A stretch of 43,909 bases of DNA, taken from Cyanophyceae cyanobacterium (GTDB taxonomy: Bacteria; Cyanobacteriota; Cyanobacteriia; Cyanobacteriales; JBHJGN01). Below the pieces are notes generated by a model. That model did not search any database. It saw nothing but the letters and a program-made list of their open reading frames with translations, and was not told the origin of the DNA. Location of the stretch: the NCBI GenBank assembly GCA_050331735.1, contig JBHJGN010000082.1, positions 1 to 43,909 of the forward strand. The letters run 5' to 3'. The position numbers and the translations under genes are program-made. Numbering within the stretch: the stretch's first letter is position 1; every line of letters starts with the position of its first letter. Shown here in pieces: positions 8,086-18,018 of the stretch.

Positions 8086-9679
8086 GAGTGTTAAAAATTA
8101 CCAGTTGCCGTTACTGACCATTGTAGCTGGAGTGCTGTTTACCCTCTATCTGCATAGTCAAATTCCTGACGGAGTTTATTTTAGTGGCGATGCTGGTTTA
8201 AAAGCGTTATTGGCCCAGCAGCTTAGTACAGAGGTGCGCTTTGACTTGATTCCTCCGGAAGAAACATGGATAAGGACTCTCTGGAACGAGGGGCTATATC
8301 CTTACGCAGAACCATTTGTTTATCATGTTGCAAACCGCTACTACATTACGTTTCCGTTCACGTTTCCGCTGCTCACGGCTCCTTTTTATGCTCTGTTTGG
8401 CTACCGAGGACTATACGTGGTTCCCCTCATCGCTCTCTGGGCCACTTGGCTGGTATTCTACTGGATGTGCCGCCGTCTTCAGCTCCGTGGAGTCTATGCG
8501 GCGATCGCCCTAGTCAGCCTCATTTTTGCGTCGCCGCTCACGCTCTACAGCGCCATGTATTGGGAGCATACTCTTGCTGTCGGCCTGTGTTTAGCGGGTT
8601 TAGCCCTGCTGCTGACAGATTTGACACGCTTATCAATCTGGAGAGCGGTTTCCAGTGGAGTGTTAATTGGTTTATCGGTGTGGTTCCGACCCGAATTTCT
8701 CTGTCTTGCCGCACTGTTAACTCTCGGGTTCTATGTAATCCCGTTACTAGATAAAATTGGACTCCGAAAATCGTCTCTAGCACAATACAGAGTCGATCAT
8801 AGAACCTTACTAGTCGCCAGTTTATTTGTCACTATCGGTCTATTTTTCATCTTTAATAAAATTATTTATGGTTATGCTTTAGGCATTCACTCAATTCAAA
8901 TAGTTGAGGAAGTAAGCTTGTTGCAAAAGCTCAAAGATGCCTGGAATAACTTTCGGGGACTAAGCTGGGCATACTTTGAGTTTTTCCCAATAGCGTCATA
9001 TTCAATTCTGTATGTTTTTTATGGCTTTTTTAGTAAAAAATTCAAAATTACTTTTGAAGTAGTTGCCGCCTATTTATTCTGGCTATTGTTTACCATTGGG
9101 GTCTCGATAATTGTTCCCGTAGGAACAGCAGGTCTCATTGCCGGAGGTAAGCAATGGGGACCAAGGTTCTTATTAATCTTAGTGCCAATAGTTTCTCTGC
9201 TTACTGTTGTAGAACTAGCAAGCATTGTTGGCAAGCTCCGCCGTACCAAAAAATATTTCAGCACCGGACTGATTTCTGTACTTCTCGTGATTGGAGTTTA
9301 TCAAAATACTATTTTAGGGACTAAATATCTCCAAAAAAATTACCAAGAAGTCGTTCCTGTTCTTCGATTTCTACAGCAGAATAACGACAAAATTGTGGCC
9401 GTTTCCCATCAGTTTGTTGCTCAAGTTCTAGAAGCCTCTATTGCTGAAAAATTATTTCTAACAGTTGATGATAAGCAAGATTTAGCGAAGCTAAGTATAG
9501 CTTTAGCGGCCCGGGAAAAGCAACAATTTGTTTATATCTGTTATCCCTTCCGTCCCTGCCCACTTCCGCAAGAAATCTCGGACAATTTTGAAGAAAATCG
9601 ACACATCGGCACTCGCTTTATTTTCTTAGGCGAGCTAGGAAAATATTCGGTTTATAAAGGGTCTCTTATTGAAAAATAA
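8084..9679 (+). CDS. Polytopic membrane glycosyltransferase (GT-C/PMT-like)
   Basis: About 12 hydrophobic segments; first loop [21 protein letters not shown] and QWGPRFLL motifs typical of ArnT/PMT-like GT-C folds. Confidence 0.65.
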   Translation: MSVKNYQLPLLTIVAGVLFTLYLHSQIPDGVYFSGDAGLKALLAQQLSTEVRFDLIPPEETWIRTLWNEGLYPYAEPFVYHVANRYYITFPFTFPLLTAPFYALFGYRGLYVVPLIALWATWLVFYWMCRRLQLRGVYAAIALVSLIFASPLTLYSAMYWEHTLAVGLCLAGLALLLTDLTRLSIWRAVSSGVLIGLSVWFRPEFLCLAALLTLGFYVIPLLDKIGLRKSSLAQYRVDHRTLLVASLFVTIGLFFIFNKIIYGYALGIHSIQIVEEVSLLQKLKDAWNNFRGLSWAYFEFFPIASYSILYVFYGFFSKKFKITFEVVAAYLFWLLFTIGVSIIVPVGTAGLIAGGKQWGPRFLLILVPIVSLLTVVELASIVGKLRRTKKYFSTGLISVLLVIGVYQNTILGTKYLQKNYQEVVPVLRFLQQNNDKIVAVSHQFVAQVLEASIAEKLFLTVDDKQDLAKLSIALAAREKQQFVYICYPFRPCPLPQEISDNFEENRHIGTRFIFLGELGKYSVYKGSLIEK

Positions 9680-9849
9680 TTAGGCATTTTATCAAGGGAA
9701 AAACGCCTAAGTTTTGGCGATTGGCCATCATTGAAGTTGTCTGTGTATTTTTAAGTAAAGAAAAAGTTCATAGTGTTTAAGCAAGCAGACAGCTTTAATA
9801 TCAGCAACCTAATACCAATTAGAAAAAGTAATAGGAGACTTGATGAGTT

Positions 9850-9878
9850 GGGGGAAAGGGGAAAAGGGGAAAGGGAAG
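9850..9878. repeat. GGGGAAA heptamer-like tandem repeat
   Basis: GGGGAAAGGGGAAAAGGGGAAAGGGAAG between convergent genes; similar tract near 29538-29567. Confidence 0.6.
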
Positions 9879-10113
9879 CACAGCAGCTCTTTGCCCTTGA
9901 ACCTCCAATGCTTAGTTAGTTTAAGGAACTATCTGACTACTTTCGGTAAATGGTACAATCTATTTACTAGTCCTGTTTCAAGAGATTTAAGCTAGTGGAA
10001 GATTACCCACAACCGTTTGCTCTAATCTGTATAGCTGACTTGTTTAATCAAAGCAGCCACTCAGCGCTGATATTAGCGATGCCCCGCATTGGCTGATTAC
10101 TGCTTCCCAAAAG

Positions 10114-11220
10114 CTAACTCCTCGTACTGGCTTGACGAAAAAACAGTAACCCAAGTTGAACCTTTTGACCTAAAGTCTTGTGAGCAAGACACGAGTTAGC
10201 GCAATCTAGGGAGCCAAATTTAGTACAGGCAACCATCTGAGCACGTAACTGTCGTGCGCGACTGCTCTGCCAAATCTCACGGGCACTATTTTCTTTGGCA
10301 TTGCCGATAGCCGGGTAAAACCAACAGCAAATAACATCGCCGTTGGGTTGGATATGATAATCTCGCATGCCAACTCGGCAAGGGGAAGCACCATGGTAAA
10401 CTTGGTTGCCTAAAAAGTGGTCTAGAAAAGAGCGCAGTTTTGCTTCACTCGTTTCTATAGGCGCTCCCTTGCGTTTCATGTCAATCAAAGTATCAATAAT
10501 TTGCTTAAAGGTTTCTTGCTCAGCTTCATCGTTCAACCACAGTTCTGTTTTGACTTCCGAGGTCCACGGTCGAACAGGAGCAAAATCGATTGTCGTTGCA
10601 CCGATACACTGAGTCCACTCTACTAGCTCTGGGAGATAGCGGAAATTATGCTTATGAATCGTTGGTTTGATGCGAATCGGAAAGTTTAATCCTAGCCGTT
10701 TTCGCTCTTCTCTGAGAAAACCGATTCCTCGAGCAATCCTACTGAAGGAACCGGGTACTCCTCTTACATAATCGTGAATCTCAGCCCGTTCGCTATCAAC
10801 TGAGATACTAACATTAACTGGATGCGCGGCTACGACTTTTGCTACCGTCTGACGACTAAAAGCGGAACCGTTAGTAATTACTCCCCAGTCAATTCCGTGG
10901 GAGTGACAAAAGCTGAGTAAGTCTACAAACCCTGGTTTGATAAAGGGTTCACCACCCGCAAACTGAATGACGTAGGAGCCAATAAACTCTTTTAAGCTTA
11001 GCAGTGCTGCTTGCCACTCTAAAATTGTCATCTCTTCTTGACGGTTTTCTAACCGCCAGAAATCGCAATAGCGACATTTATAGTTACACTGCTCATTGAT
11101 GGTAGCCCGAATCGACAAAGGCTTGGTCAAGTCGTAGCCGCTTTTTAAGTACAAAGATTCAACTAAGCTATGCCTGATATGTCTTGTTCCTAACTCTATC
11201 AACTGCCCTACTGTTTCCAT
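10114..11220 (-). CDS. Radical SAM enzyme with SPASM/twitch-type C-terminal domain
   Basis: CNYKCRYC, FAGGEP, ITNGS, SISVD, HDYVRGVPGSF; C-terminal CRVG....IQPNGDVICC....IGN......EIW...C.......C...C; GGAGG RBS. Confidence 0.9.
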   Translation of the reverse strand: METVGQLIELGTRHIRHSLVESLYLKSGYDLTKPLSIRATINEQCNYKCRYCDFWRLENRQEEMTILEWQAALLSLKEFIGSYVIQFAGGEPFIKPGFVDLLSFCHSHGIDWGVITNGSAFSRQTVAKVVAAHPVNVSISVDSERAEIHDYVRGVPGSFSRIARGIGFLREERKRLGLNFPIRIKPTIHKHNFRYLPELVEWTQCIGATTIDFAPVRPWTSEVKTELWLNDEAEQETFKQIIDTLIDMKRKGAPIETSEAKLRSFLDHFLGNQVYHGASPCRVGMRDYHIQPNGDVICCWFYPAIGNAKENSAREIWQSSRARQLRAQMVACTKFGSLDCANSCLAHKTLGQKVQLGLLFFRQASTRS

Positions 11221-11392
11221 TGAAATAGCTCCTCCAAATCATCAAAAAATGGCAATTTTGGGGAGAGTATATAATGGTCAGCTCAAATTAATCTGTATAT
11301 TACGCAGCAAGGGTTGTTCCCTTTTTGCAGGTCACTAATTTCTATGGACAGTATTGAGCATCGAAGTGCAATTGAATGCTGTTAGACCAAAT

Positions 11393-12466
11393 TTAATACA
11401 GATAATTAGACATTTGTTGCGGGTCGGGAGCAAACGCTAGCCACTGAGGGAACTGTAAGAGCGACAGATCGATTTGCTCTTCGGTTTCATCAATAATGAC
11501 GAGGGGCAACAAGCCTTCTTCAACGAGGCGGTCGGCTTTTTGAACCAGCGCCTCTGGAGACTCAAACAGAACCACGCCGCGGTTGGGACCAAAATCGCTG
11601 CGCGAAATGCCCAGACAGTCCTGGAGTCCGCGCCGCCACTCACCGAGGCGTTCTGGAGTATCAGCTAGGACCAGAGTACGACAGCGATCGCCGTTGAGAC
11701 GACGCACAATCGAAATCACGGCAGAGGCGACCAGAATATTTTGGAGGCGACTGCCCATTGAGCGAATCGCTCCTCTGCCGCCCTGGGAGAAAAACCAGTT
11801 TTCGACTCGCTCAGCATGCACGGGTTCAAAGGTACGACGCAGTTGCCAAGGAGGACCGTAATAATCGGGCAGCGTCCGATACTGATCGAGCAGGTCTTGA
11901 ATTTGCTGGGTTGGCTGACGCTCCCCTCGTTTGGGGGGAGGTTCTTCATCAAGGGGATCTATAGGTGGTTCAGGCGTTTCCCACACCTCGTAGGTAGGTA
12001 ACTCTAGCTGCTCTGCCGCTGCTGCTAAATCTTGGAGACTTCCCACAAGGTAATCTTTAAAACCCTGCACCCGAATGGCTAGCTCTTGAGACGCTCCGGC
12101 AAAGGTCGTCCGCATTTCTTCACGAATGCGCTCTCGACGGCGTTCAAGCTGCTCAATGGAGGTTTGCAGGGTTCCGCGCCGCTGCTGTAGTTCCTGTAAT
12201 CCCGTTTCGATCAGGCGCCCAAGGGTCTCCTGCGCCTCGGCTACCTGTTGAGAAAGGTCAGCTTTGTGTTCCTGTAGCGCCTGGATTTCTGCTTGCAGAG
12301 CCTGTTTTTGGCGCTCTAACTCGGTCAATTCTGGTGACGACGTTGTTGAGTTTTCTGCCCTAGCTTCATCGGTAGCATCGGCAGCAGAGTCTTGACTCGG
12401 TAGGGAGGAGTCAGCGGCTGCGGAGGAATTGTCTAAATTGTTGCGCAGGGGGTCGTCAGAGTTCAT
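11393..12466 (-). CDS. DUF3086 domain protein (cyanobacterial conserved)
   Basis: Coiled coil then EMRTTFAGASQELAIRVQGFKDYLVGSLQDL, PDYYGPPWQLRRTFE, RLGEWRRGLQDCLG. Confidence 0.85.
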   Translation of the reverse strand: MNSDDPLRNNLDNSSAAADSSLPSQDSAADATDEARAENSTTSSPELTELERQKQALQAEIQALQEHKADLSQQVAEAQETLGRLIETGLQELQQRRGTLQTSIEQLERRRERIREEMRTTFAGASQELAIRVQGFKDYLVGSLQDLAAAAEQLELPTYEVWETPEPPIDPLDEEPPPKRGERQPTQQIQDLLDQYRTLPDYYGPPWQLRRTFEPVHAERVENWFFSQGGRGAIRSMGSRLQNILVASAVISIVRRLNGDRCRTLVLADTPERLGEWRRGLQDCLGISRSDFGPNRGVVLFESPEALVQKADRLVEEGLLPLVIIDETEEQIDLSLLQFPQWLAFAPDPQQMSNYLY

Positions 12467-12499
12467 TGATTAGCTTGAATTAACTCACGGCTGATTGCA

Positions 12500-12889
12500 T
12501 CAGTCTTGTTTAAGAGGATAGTACGTTTCCAGACACGATTGTAGCTGCTGAGGAGAAAAAAGCACGGGCAGGAAATGAATGCTGTTGACTTCCCGAAAGT
12601 AGAAAAGAATTGGCACTGGAGACCAAAAGATGCGCCAGTTCTGCCATTCGGAGTACGGAAAACTCCGAATTAGCTTGGTGGAGCGATAGACTTCTAAAGC
12701 CGCTGCCGTAAACTTCAGGCGAATGGTGGCTGCCTGAATGAATAAAAACACTCCAAACAGAGCGATCGCGCCACCGAGCCAGGGCTGGAGCAAACAAATT
12801 GCCCCGGCTCCTACAATAAGCGCTAGAGGAAGCCGATAGCTAGGAGAAAGTTCTTCTATCTGAGTATCTGCGGGTTTGGTAGTTGTCAC
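12500..12889 (-). CDS. DUF3119 family protein
   Basis: L.PSY.LP, TM hairpin, FPYSEWQNWRIFW.PVPILFYFREVNSIHFLP; GTG at 12889 follows GGGAGG. Confidence 0.85.
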   Translation of the reverse strand: MTTTKPADTQIEELSPSYRLPLALIVGAGAICLLQPWLGGAIALFGVFLFIQAATIRLKFTAAALEVYRSTKLIRSFPYSEWQNWRIFWSPVPILFYFREVNSIHFLPVLFSPQQLQSCLETYYPLKQD

Positions 12890-13025
12890 GGTTTTCCCTC
12901 CCAAGTTAATCGCTGATATTCTAAGTTTAACTGCCTGAACAACGCGAATGAGAAGTTTTCCAGTGAAGGACCAACGAACCCACCAAAAACTCAGTCGCCT
13001 TTTCCCGAAGCGATCACTGTTTTCT

Positions 13026-13784
13026 TTACCCCACCACTCCTTGTCCTAATCCTTGGAACATAATCCAGGACAGAAAGAAATTGGTAATAAAAATTGCCAG
13101 TAAAGCCGTCACCACGGCAGTTGTCGTTGAGGTGCCCACTCCTTTCGCTCCTCCGGTAGTTGTCAATCCCCAACTACAGCCAATAACAGCGATCAAAGCC
13201 CCAAAAACGCCAGCTTTTATCATCGAGCTGAGCAAATCCCAAATTTGCAAAAAATTGCGAGCCGAATTGAGAAAAACCGTCGTCGGAATATCGTACAGAT
13301 TGTTGGCAATAATCAACCCTCCGGTCATCCCGGTAATCAGCGAAAAGATTGTTAGCAGCGGCAGCATCAAACAGCAGGCCACGACGCGAGGCGTGACGAG
13401 GTAATCAACAGGGTCAGTTTTGAGCAGATAAAGCGCATCAATTTGCTCAGTAACTCTCATCGTGCCGATTTCTGCGGCAAAGGCCGAGCCAACTCTCCCC
13501 GCCAACACCACAGCCGTTAACACCGGTGCTAGTTCGCGGGTCAAGGCTAGACCCAAAACCCCCCCAACGGCGGTCCCAGCCCCAAAATCCAAAAATTCAC
13601 GGGCCACCTGAATGGTAAACACCATGCCCACAAAACCAGCCGTCACCAGAGCGATGGTTAATGATTCAGGTCCGACGGCTGCCATTTGTTCGAGGGTATT
13701 GCGTCGATGAATTTTCGCTTTGAGGAGATGCAGGATAACCTGTCCGCCCAAGAGAGCGGCTGCGAGCAAACGCTGAATCCACAT
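13026..13784 (-). CDS. mlaE: MlaE-family lipid ABC transporter permease (Ycf63/TGD1-like)
   Basis: RELAPVLTAVVLAGRVGSAFAAEIGTMRVTEQIDAL, GGAKGVG.STT.AVV. Confidence 0.92.
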   Translation of the reverse strand: MWIQRLLAAALLGGQVILHLLKAKIHRRNTLEQMAAVGPESLTIALVTAGFVGMVFTIQVAREFLDFGAGTAVGGVLGLALTRELAPVLTAVVLAGRVGSAFAAEIGTMRVTEQIDALYLLKTDPVDYLVTPRVVACCLMLPLLTIFSLITGMTGGLIIANNLYDIPTTVFLNSARNFLQIWDLLSSMIKAGVFGALIAVIGCSWGLTTTGGAKGVGTSTTTAVVTALLAIFITNFFLSWIMFQGLGQGVVG

Positions 13785-13811
13785 TGATAGTAATTTAAGT
13801 CAAAGGACTAA

Positions 13812-16220
13812 TTACTTTGTATCAGGTTCTGCGTCCAGTTCGACCGATACCCGAAAGCGTTCTACAGAGTTGAGCAGATTGTGGGAGATGCTCACTAGGC
13901 TCTGGAGAGAACCAGCAACCCGCTGAGACTCCTGCGACGTTTCTTGAGCCGTTAACTCGACTGACTGCATGACCTGAGCCACGGCGCGGGAGTTTTCTCG
14001 CTGTTCGACGGTATCTGCCGTAATCGAGCGAACGAGGGCATCAATATGATTAGAAACTTGAATAATATCTTCGAGAGACTCTTTGGCCTGTTCGGCTCTA
14101 TCGGTCACATCAATCACCTGCTGAATGCCCTCCTCCATCGCCGTCATCACTCCTCCCGTTTCGCTCTGGATCTGGAGAACGATCTGCTCAATTTCCTTGA
14201 GGGCTTTGGCCGCTCGGTCAGCAAGCTGACGAACTTCATCGGCAACAACCGCAAAGCCGCGTCCAGATTCTCCGGCTCTAGCTGCCTGAATGGACGCGTT
14301 CATGGCTAGTAAATTAGTACGCGAGGCAATCTGAGAGATCAAGGCGACGATTTTAGAAATTTCTTGGGAGGCTTCGGCGAGGCGTTTAACCTTGCGAGCC
14401 GTTTCTGACACTGTTTCGCGAATTTGGAGAATGCCGGAAACAGTCCGCTCGACTGCCTGTCCTCCTTTAAGAGCAGTGGCTGATGAGGAACGCGCCACTT
14501 CCTCGGCTTCCCGGGCATTGTCGGCCACCCGCTCGATCGAATCTGTCATCATCTGCACCGAGTTGAGCGTGACGGCGAGTTCCTCGGCCATTCTGAGCGC
14601 GTCGGAGGACTGATTGCGAGCAAAAGATTCGCTGTCGGTAGAGCCTTTGTTGACCTGCTGTGCTGCTTGTTTAACCTGCTGCACAATTTCCCGCAGGCTC
14701 TGAATTGTCAGGTTAAAGGCATCCGCAACGGCTCCCAAAACGTCGGCGCTGACGGCTGCTTGAACGGTTAAGTCTCCTCGGGCTGCTCCTTCTACATCGT
14801 CCAGCAACCGAATTACCTGACGCTGAAGGTCTTCTCTGGCTTTTTCGGTTTCTTCGGCCCGCTGTTTAGCTTCTTGCGTGGTCGCCCGAATCACCTGCGT
14901 CATCTGGTTAAATCCCGCCGCCAGCTGTCCGAGTTCATCGGCGGAGTAAATGGTGGCCTGAACATTAAAATTTCCCTGGTTGACAGCATCAAATTGAGCC
15001 TGCAAATTTCTGGTGGAGCGTCTGACCTGTTGGGCCGTTAGCTGTCCCAGCAGCAGGGTAGTTCCCAAGGTAGCTGTTCCCCCAACTAAAGCCATCATTC
15101 CCGTTGTTCTTGGCGTTGGGTTTTGGGAGTCAGTGCCGCTAATGAGGCCAACAAGACCCACAGCGATCGCCGAAGTGAGACCTGCTGCTCCCGCAATGAG
15201 CCATTGCTTGGTTTGAAACGAAAAGTTTCTCATGGGAGAGCGCAATTGCCCTGGGGTGGCCGTCGGCACCAGCAGTTCAGAGTTCTCTTCCTCTGAGGCA
15301 ACTGCGCTGCTGTCAGCCGGATTCGCTAAAGGAGACAGGCTGCCAAAGCTAGGTTCATCGACAGTCGTTCCGTTCTCTGGATGTGTCGGGATAACAGGGC
15401 TATCAAATATGCTGGTGGCAGGTGATGGCTCCAGGTCTTCCCGGGCATGACCAGCATCGGCTGCTCTCTCTTCTTGAATGGCCGTGTCTTCTAATTCATC
15501 TTGAAAAGGACTCTCGACACCATCATCCAGTTCATCGAGTTCGAGTTCCTGGAAGGCACTGAGGTTGTCGTCTAGTGCTGTGGGATGCTCGGTAGGGGGA
15601 GACAACTCTGGACTGGTCTGTTCAGATTTAGCTTGATGAGCAAAGATAAACGTCGTTTCCTCACTTTCTAGGGCATCGGGATCGTCGCTGTCATCATGGC
15701 TGTCAAAAAAGGCATCAGAAGCTTGCTGGTCTGCGCTCTGATAGATTTCAGTGTCGGCGCTGGCGAAGGGATTGAGCGACTCTTCAACGACTGAAGAGGG
15801 CTCTGAAGAGGGTTGCTCAGACTCGTCTAACCATTCCGCTTCTTCTTCCGGTAGCGGCTCGTCTGGAGCGGACAAGGACTGAGGCTCGGGTTCAGGAGCC
15901 GTATTCGTTACCGGACTGGGTTCGCTCTCCCACTCTTGAATTTGTTCGATCCCTTTTTGAGCAAACGACACTAGCTCTGGCTGTTCTGTCAGTTCGAGAA
16001 CAGCGCGGTATTGCTCTTGCGCTAGGTTGTACTGTTGAAACCCGTAACTATAGATATGTCCTCGCAGCAGGAGGAGAGCGGGGTCTTCGGCATACTCTTG
16101 AACTAGCTGGTCAACAATGGTCGCTGCCTCTGCAAAATTCCCCTGTAAGTAAGCGAGTTTCGCCTGTTCGTATGTTTGTTCGTAGTCTGTCACTGATGTC
16201 ATTAGCTCTCTCCCGGCCAT
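13812..16220 (-). CDS. pilJ: Methyl-accepting chemotaxis protein PilJ/HmpD-type (TPR, acidic linker, 2 TM, HAMP, MA domain)
   Basis: N-terminal TPR-like helices, [48 protein letters not shown] signalling hairpin. Confidence 0.88.
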   Translation of the reverse strand: MAGRELMTSVTDYEQTYEQAKLAYLQGNFAEAATIVDQLVQEYAEDPALLLLRGHIYSYGFQQYNLAQEQYRAVLELTEQPELVSFAQKGIEQIQEWESEPSPVTNTAPEPEPQSLSAPDEPLPEEEAEWLDESEQPSSEPSSVVEESLNPFASADTEIYQSADQQASDAFFDSHDDSDDPDALESEETTFIFAHQAKSEQTSPELSPPTEHPTALDDNLSAFQELELDELDDGVESPFQDELEDTAIQEERAADAGHAREDLEPSPATSIFDSPVIPTHPENGTTVDEPSFGSLSPLANPADSSAVASEEENSELLVPTATPGQLRSPMRNFSFQTKQWLIAGAAGLTSAIAVGLVGLISGTDSQNPTPRTTGMMALVGGTATLGTTLLLGQLTAQQVRRSTRNLQAQFDAVNQGNFNVQATIYSADELGQLAAGFNQMTQVIRATTQEAKQRAEETEKAREDLQRQVIRLLDDVEGAARGDLTVQAAVSADVLGAVADAFNLTIQSLREIVQQVKQAAQQVNKGSTDSESFARNQSSDALRMAEELAVTLNSVQMMTDSIERVADNAREAEEVARSSSATALKGGQAVERTVSGILQIRETVSETARKVKRLAEASQEISKIVALISQIASRTNLLAMNASIQAARAGESGRGFAVVADEVRQLADRAAKALKEIEQIVLQIQSETGGVMTAMEEGIQQVIDVTDRAEQAKESLEDIIQVSNHIDALVRSITADTVEQRENSRAVAQVMQSVELTAQETSQESQRVAGSLQSLVSISHNLLNSVERFRVSVELDAEPDTK

Positions 16221-16314
16221 GCGATCGCATCTAGTAATTGATAAGTTGATTCAATAAATTAAGCAGTCAAATCATATTGGTCACTGGTTCCTGTTCACTG
16301 AGCTTCCCCATTGC

Positions 16315-16818
16315 CTATCGCGACCACTGTTCCGAGCGAAGAATGGCTCGGTGATCGAGCAGTCGGAGCGGTTTCTCTGCCAGGCTCCATTCTCCCTGAA
16401 TGTAGGGAGCCAACTCCTGGGAAATCTCTGTGGGAGATTGTAGCTGTTGGGGATCTAGCCACTCCATTTCCCCGAGCTGCGCGATCGCTAGCCCCAGGAT
16501 CGTGTCTTGGTCCTCGATCGCAATTACGGGAATTTCTGCTTCAAGTTGATAAGGAGTAGAGTCTCCGAGAAGCTTTGCAAGGTCGGCAACCCAAATGACT
16601 TGACCGCGAAGATTAATCGTGCCGAGTAGCAGAGAAGAAGCATTGGGAATGGGCGTAATGCGGTCGGTAGCTTGCTGCATTACTTCTGTAATCCCTGTTG
16701 CCCCTAAAGCAAATTCGCTATCTGAGGGTAAGAAAAAACGTAAGTGAAGCTCGCCGACTGGCGCTTCTAGTTCCTGAATTTCTGGCGTTTCTGTTAGTAA
16801 ATCTGGTTGAGAGGCCAT
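16315..16818 (-). CDS. pilI: CheW-like protein (PilI/HmpC)
   Basis: ITPIPNA..LLLGTINLRGQVIWVADL; located between CheY and MCP genes. Confidence 0.88.
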   Translation of the reverse strand: MASQPDLLTETPEIQELEAPVGELHLRFFLPSDSEFALGATGITEVMQQATDRITPIPNASSLLLGTINLRGQVIWVADLAKLLGDSTPYQLEAEIPVIAIEDQDTILGLAIAQLGEMEWLDPQQLQSPTEISQELAPYIQGEWSLAEKPLRLLDHRAILRSEQWSR

Positions 16819-16903
16819 AGTTATCTGTTCGTTGTTGATGGTGAAGCGGCGCAGTCTTCGTTCACTCTCGCCAGTTATTTCCGAAGACCGCTCGCTTATT
16901 GGC

Positions 16904-17278
16904 TTAAGGGTTCAGTAGCTTTTCGATGGTGCTCAGGAAGTCTGCTGGTTTAAACGGCTTAATCAAGTAAGCGTCAGCTCCCTGTCTCATGCCCCAGTAG
17001 CGATCAAACTCTTCTTTCTTCGACGAACACATAATGACGGGGACGCCCTTGGTTTGAGGATTCGACTTAAGATTACGGCAAACTTCATACCCGTTCATGC
17101 GCGGCATCACCACGTCTAGAACCACGAGGTCGGGACTGCAGTTTTGCAGATAGTCTAAAGCTTCTACCCCATCTTTGGCCATGACTACTTCTAATCCATT
17201 ATTTTGGAGAAAATCGGAAATAATTTCTCGCTGTGTTACGCTATCTTCTACGATTAGTATTTTGCTCATTGTTGGCAT
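16904..17278 (-). CDS. pilH: CheY-like response regulator (PilH/HmpB)
   Basis: ILIVEDS, PDLVVLDVVMPRMNGYEVCR, DRYWGMRQGADAYLIKPF. Confidence 0.88.
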   Translation of the reverse strand: MPTMSKILIVEDSVTQREIISDFLQNNGLEVVMAKDGVEALDYLQNCSPDLVVLDVVMPRMNGYEVCRNLKSNPQTKGVPVIMCSSKKEEFDRYWGMRQGADAYLIKPFKPADFLSTIEKLLNP

Positions 17279-17725
17279 CCTACGCTGCTCGATTGCACAT
17301 TATTGATGTCGAGTTGGCTTTCAATTAGCTGACCGTCGTCTGCTGATAAACAACAGTTTTTTACTCAATTACCGACCTAAATTAACACCGTAGAACTACG
17401 GTATTGGCCTGAGTTTACTTCTACAAATACGAGAAATTAACTCAATCAAAATACGGATACAGCCTGACGTTGGCCTGACAGTTAATCAGGCACTATTGTT
17501 CTTGCTGACGATTGCAGTCATAACTGGTTCACTGAGACTTTGGCATTATTTAATTGACAATCTACCTGTTAACTAGTCTTCCCGCATTGGCATCTGAATC
17601 TTGCAGGCGACTAGCAAATTAACTTAAGTTTAAGATTTAATAAGCTGAGCTAATTTTAATTCGTCAGTTCTCCATCTATAGGTATAGATTCAAGACTTGG
17701 CAGATGCGAGGGAAGTGGTTATCTT

Positions 17726-17734
17726 GGGAGTACT
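17726..17734 (+). promoter_or_regulatory. Possible SigJ/SigF-type -10 element (J-box-like) upstream of hmpF
   Basis: GGGAGTACT, 8/9 match to the GGGAATACT motif of cyanobacterial motility promoters; short, so could be chance. Confidence 0.3.
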
Positions 17735-17748
17735 AACGGTTATCTGCC

Positions 17749-17784
17749 CTTCTGTGAGTTTGCCAAAGCGCAAACTCACAGAAG
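17749..17784. other. Perfect 15-bp inverted repeat
   Basis: CTTCTGTGAGTTTGC-CAAAGC-GCAAACTCACAGAAG; no flanking U-tract. Confidence 0.8.
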
Positions 17785-18018
17785 CGGCTGAATCCGTTGC
17801 TCATCGAAAATGTTTTTAAGTGCTTGGCGAAGAGAAGCAACCTGGTACTCTCTCAGTCTGTAGCCAATTCCATGTATTGTGACCTCAAGCGAGCCAGTAA
17901 CTCTGTAAAGTTGCTTAACTCCAATTGAAGCGGTAACTCAAATCGATTTAAATTTTCTGATTTAAACAATTAAAGCAGTGTTGGGTTTAGCCAAACACCA
18001 GAGAAAGGAACAATTGCA

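Noticed and set aside
10049..10090. 13-aa ORF MRGIANISAEWLL downstream of the radical SAM gene as a RiPP precursor
   Set aside because: Very short, weak RBS, no leader or RRE partner, no transporter or peptidase; expected by chance.
17740..17790. GGCAAACTCAC...GAA on the minus strand as a c-di-GMP-I riboswitch
   Set aside because: The required second half of the motif and P2 stem are absent; explained by a simple perfect hairpin.
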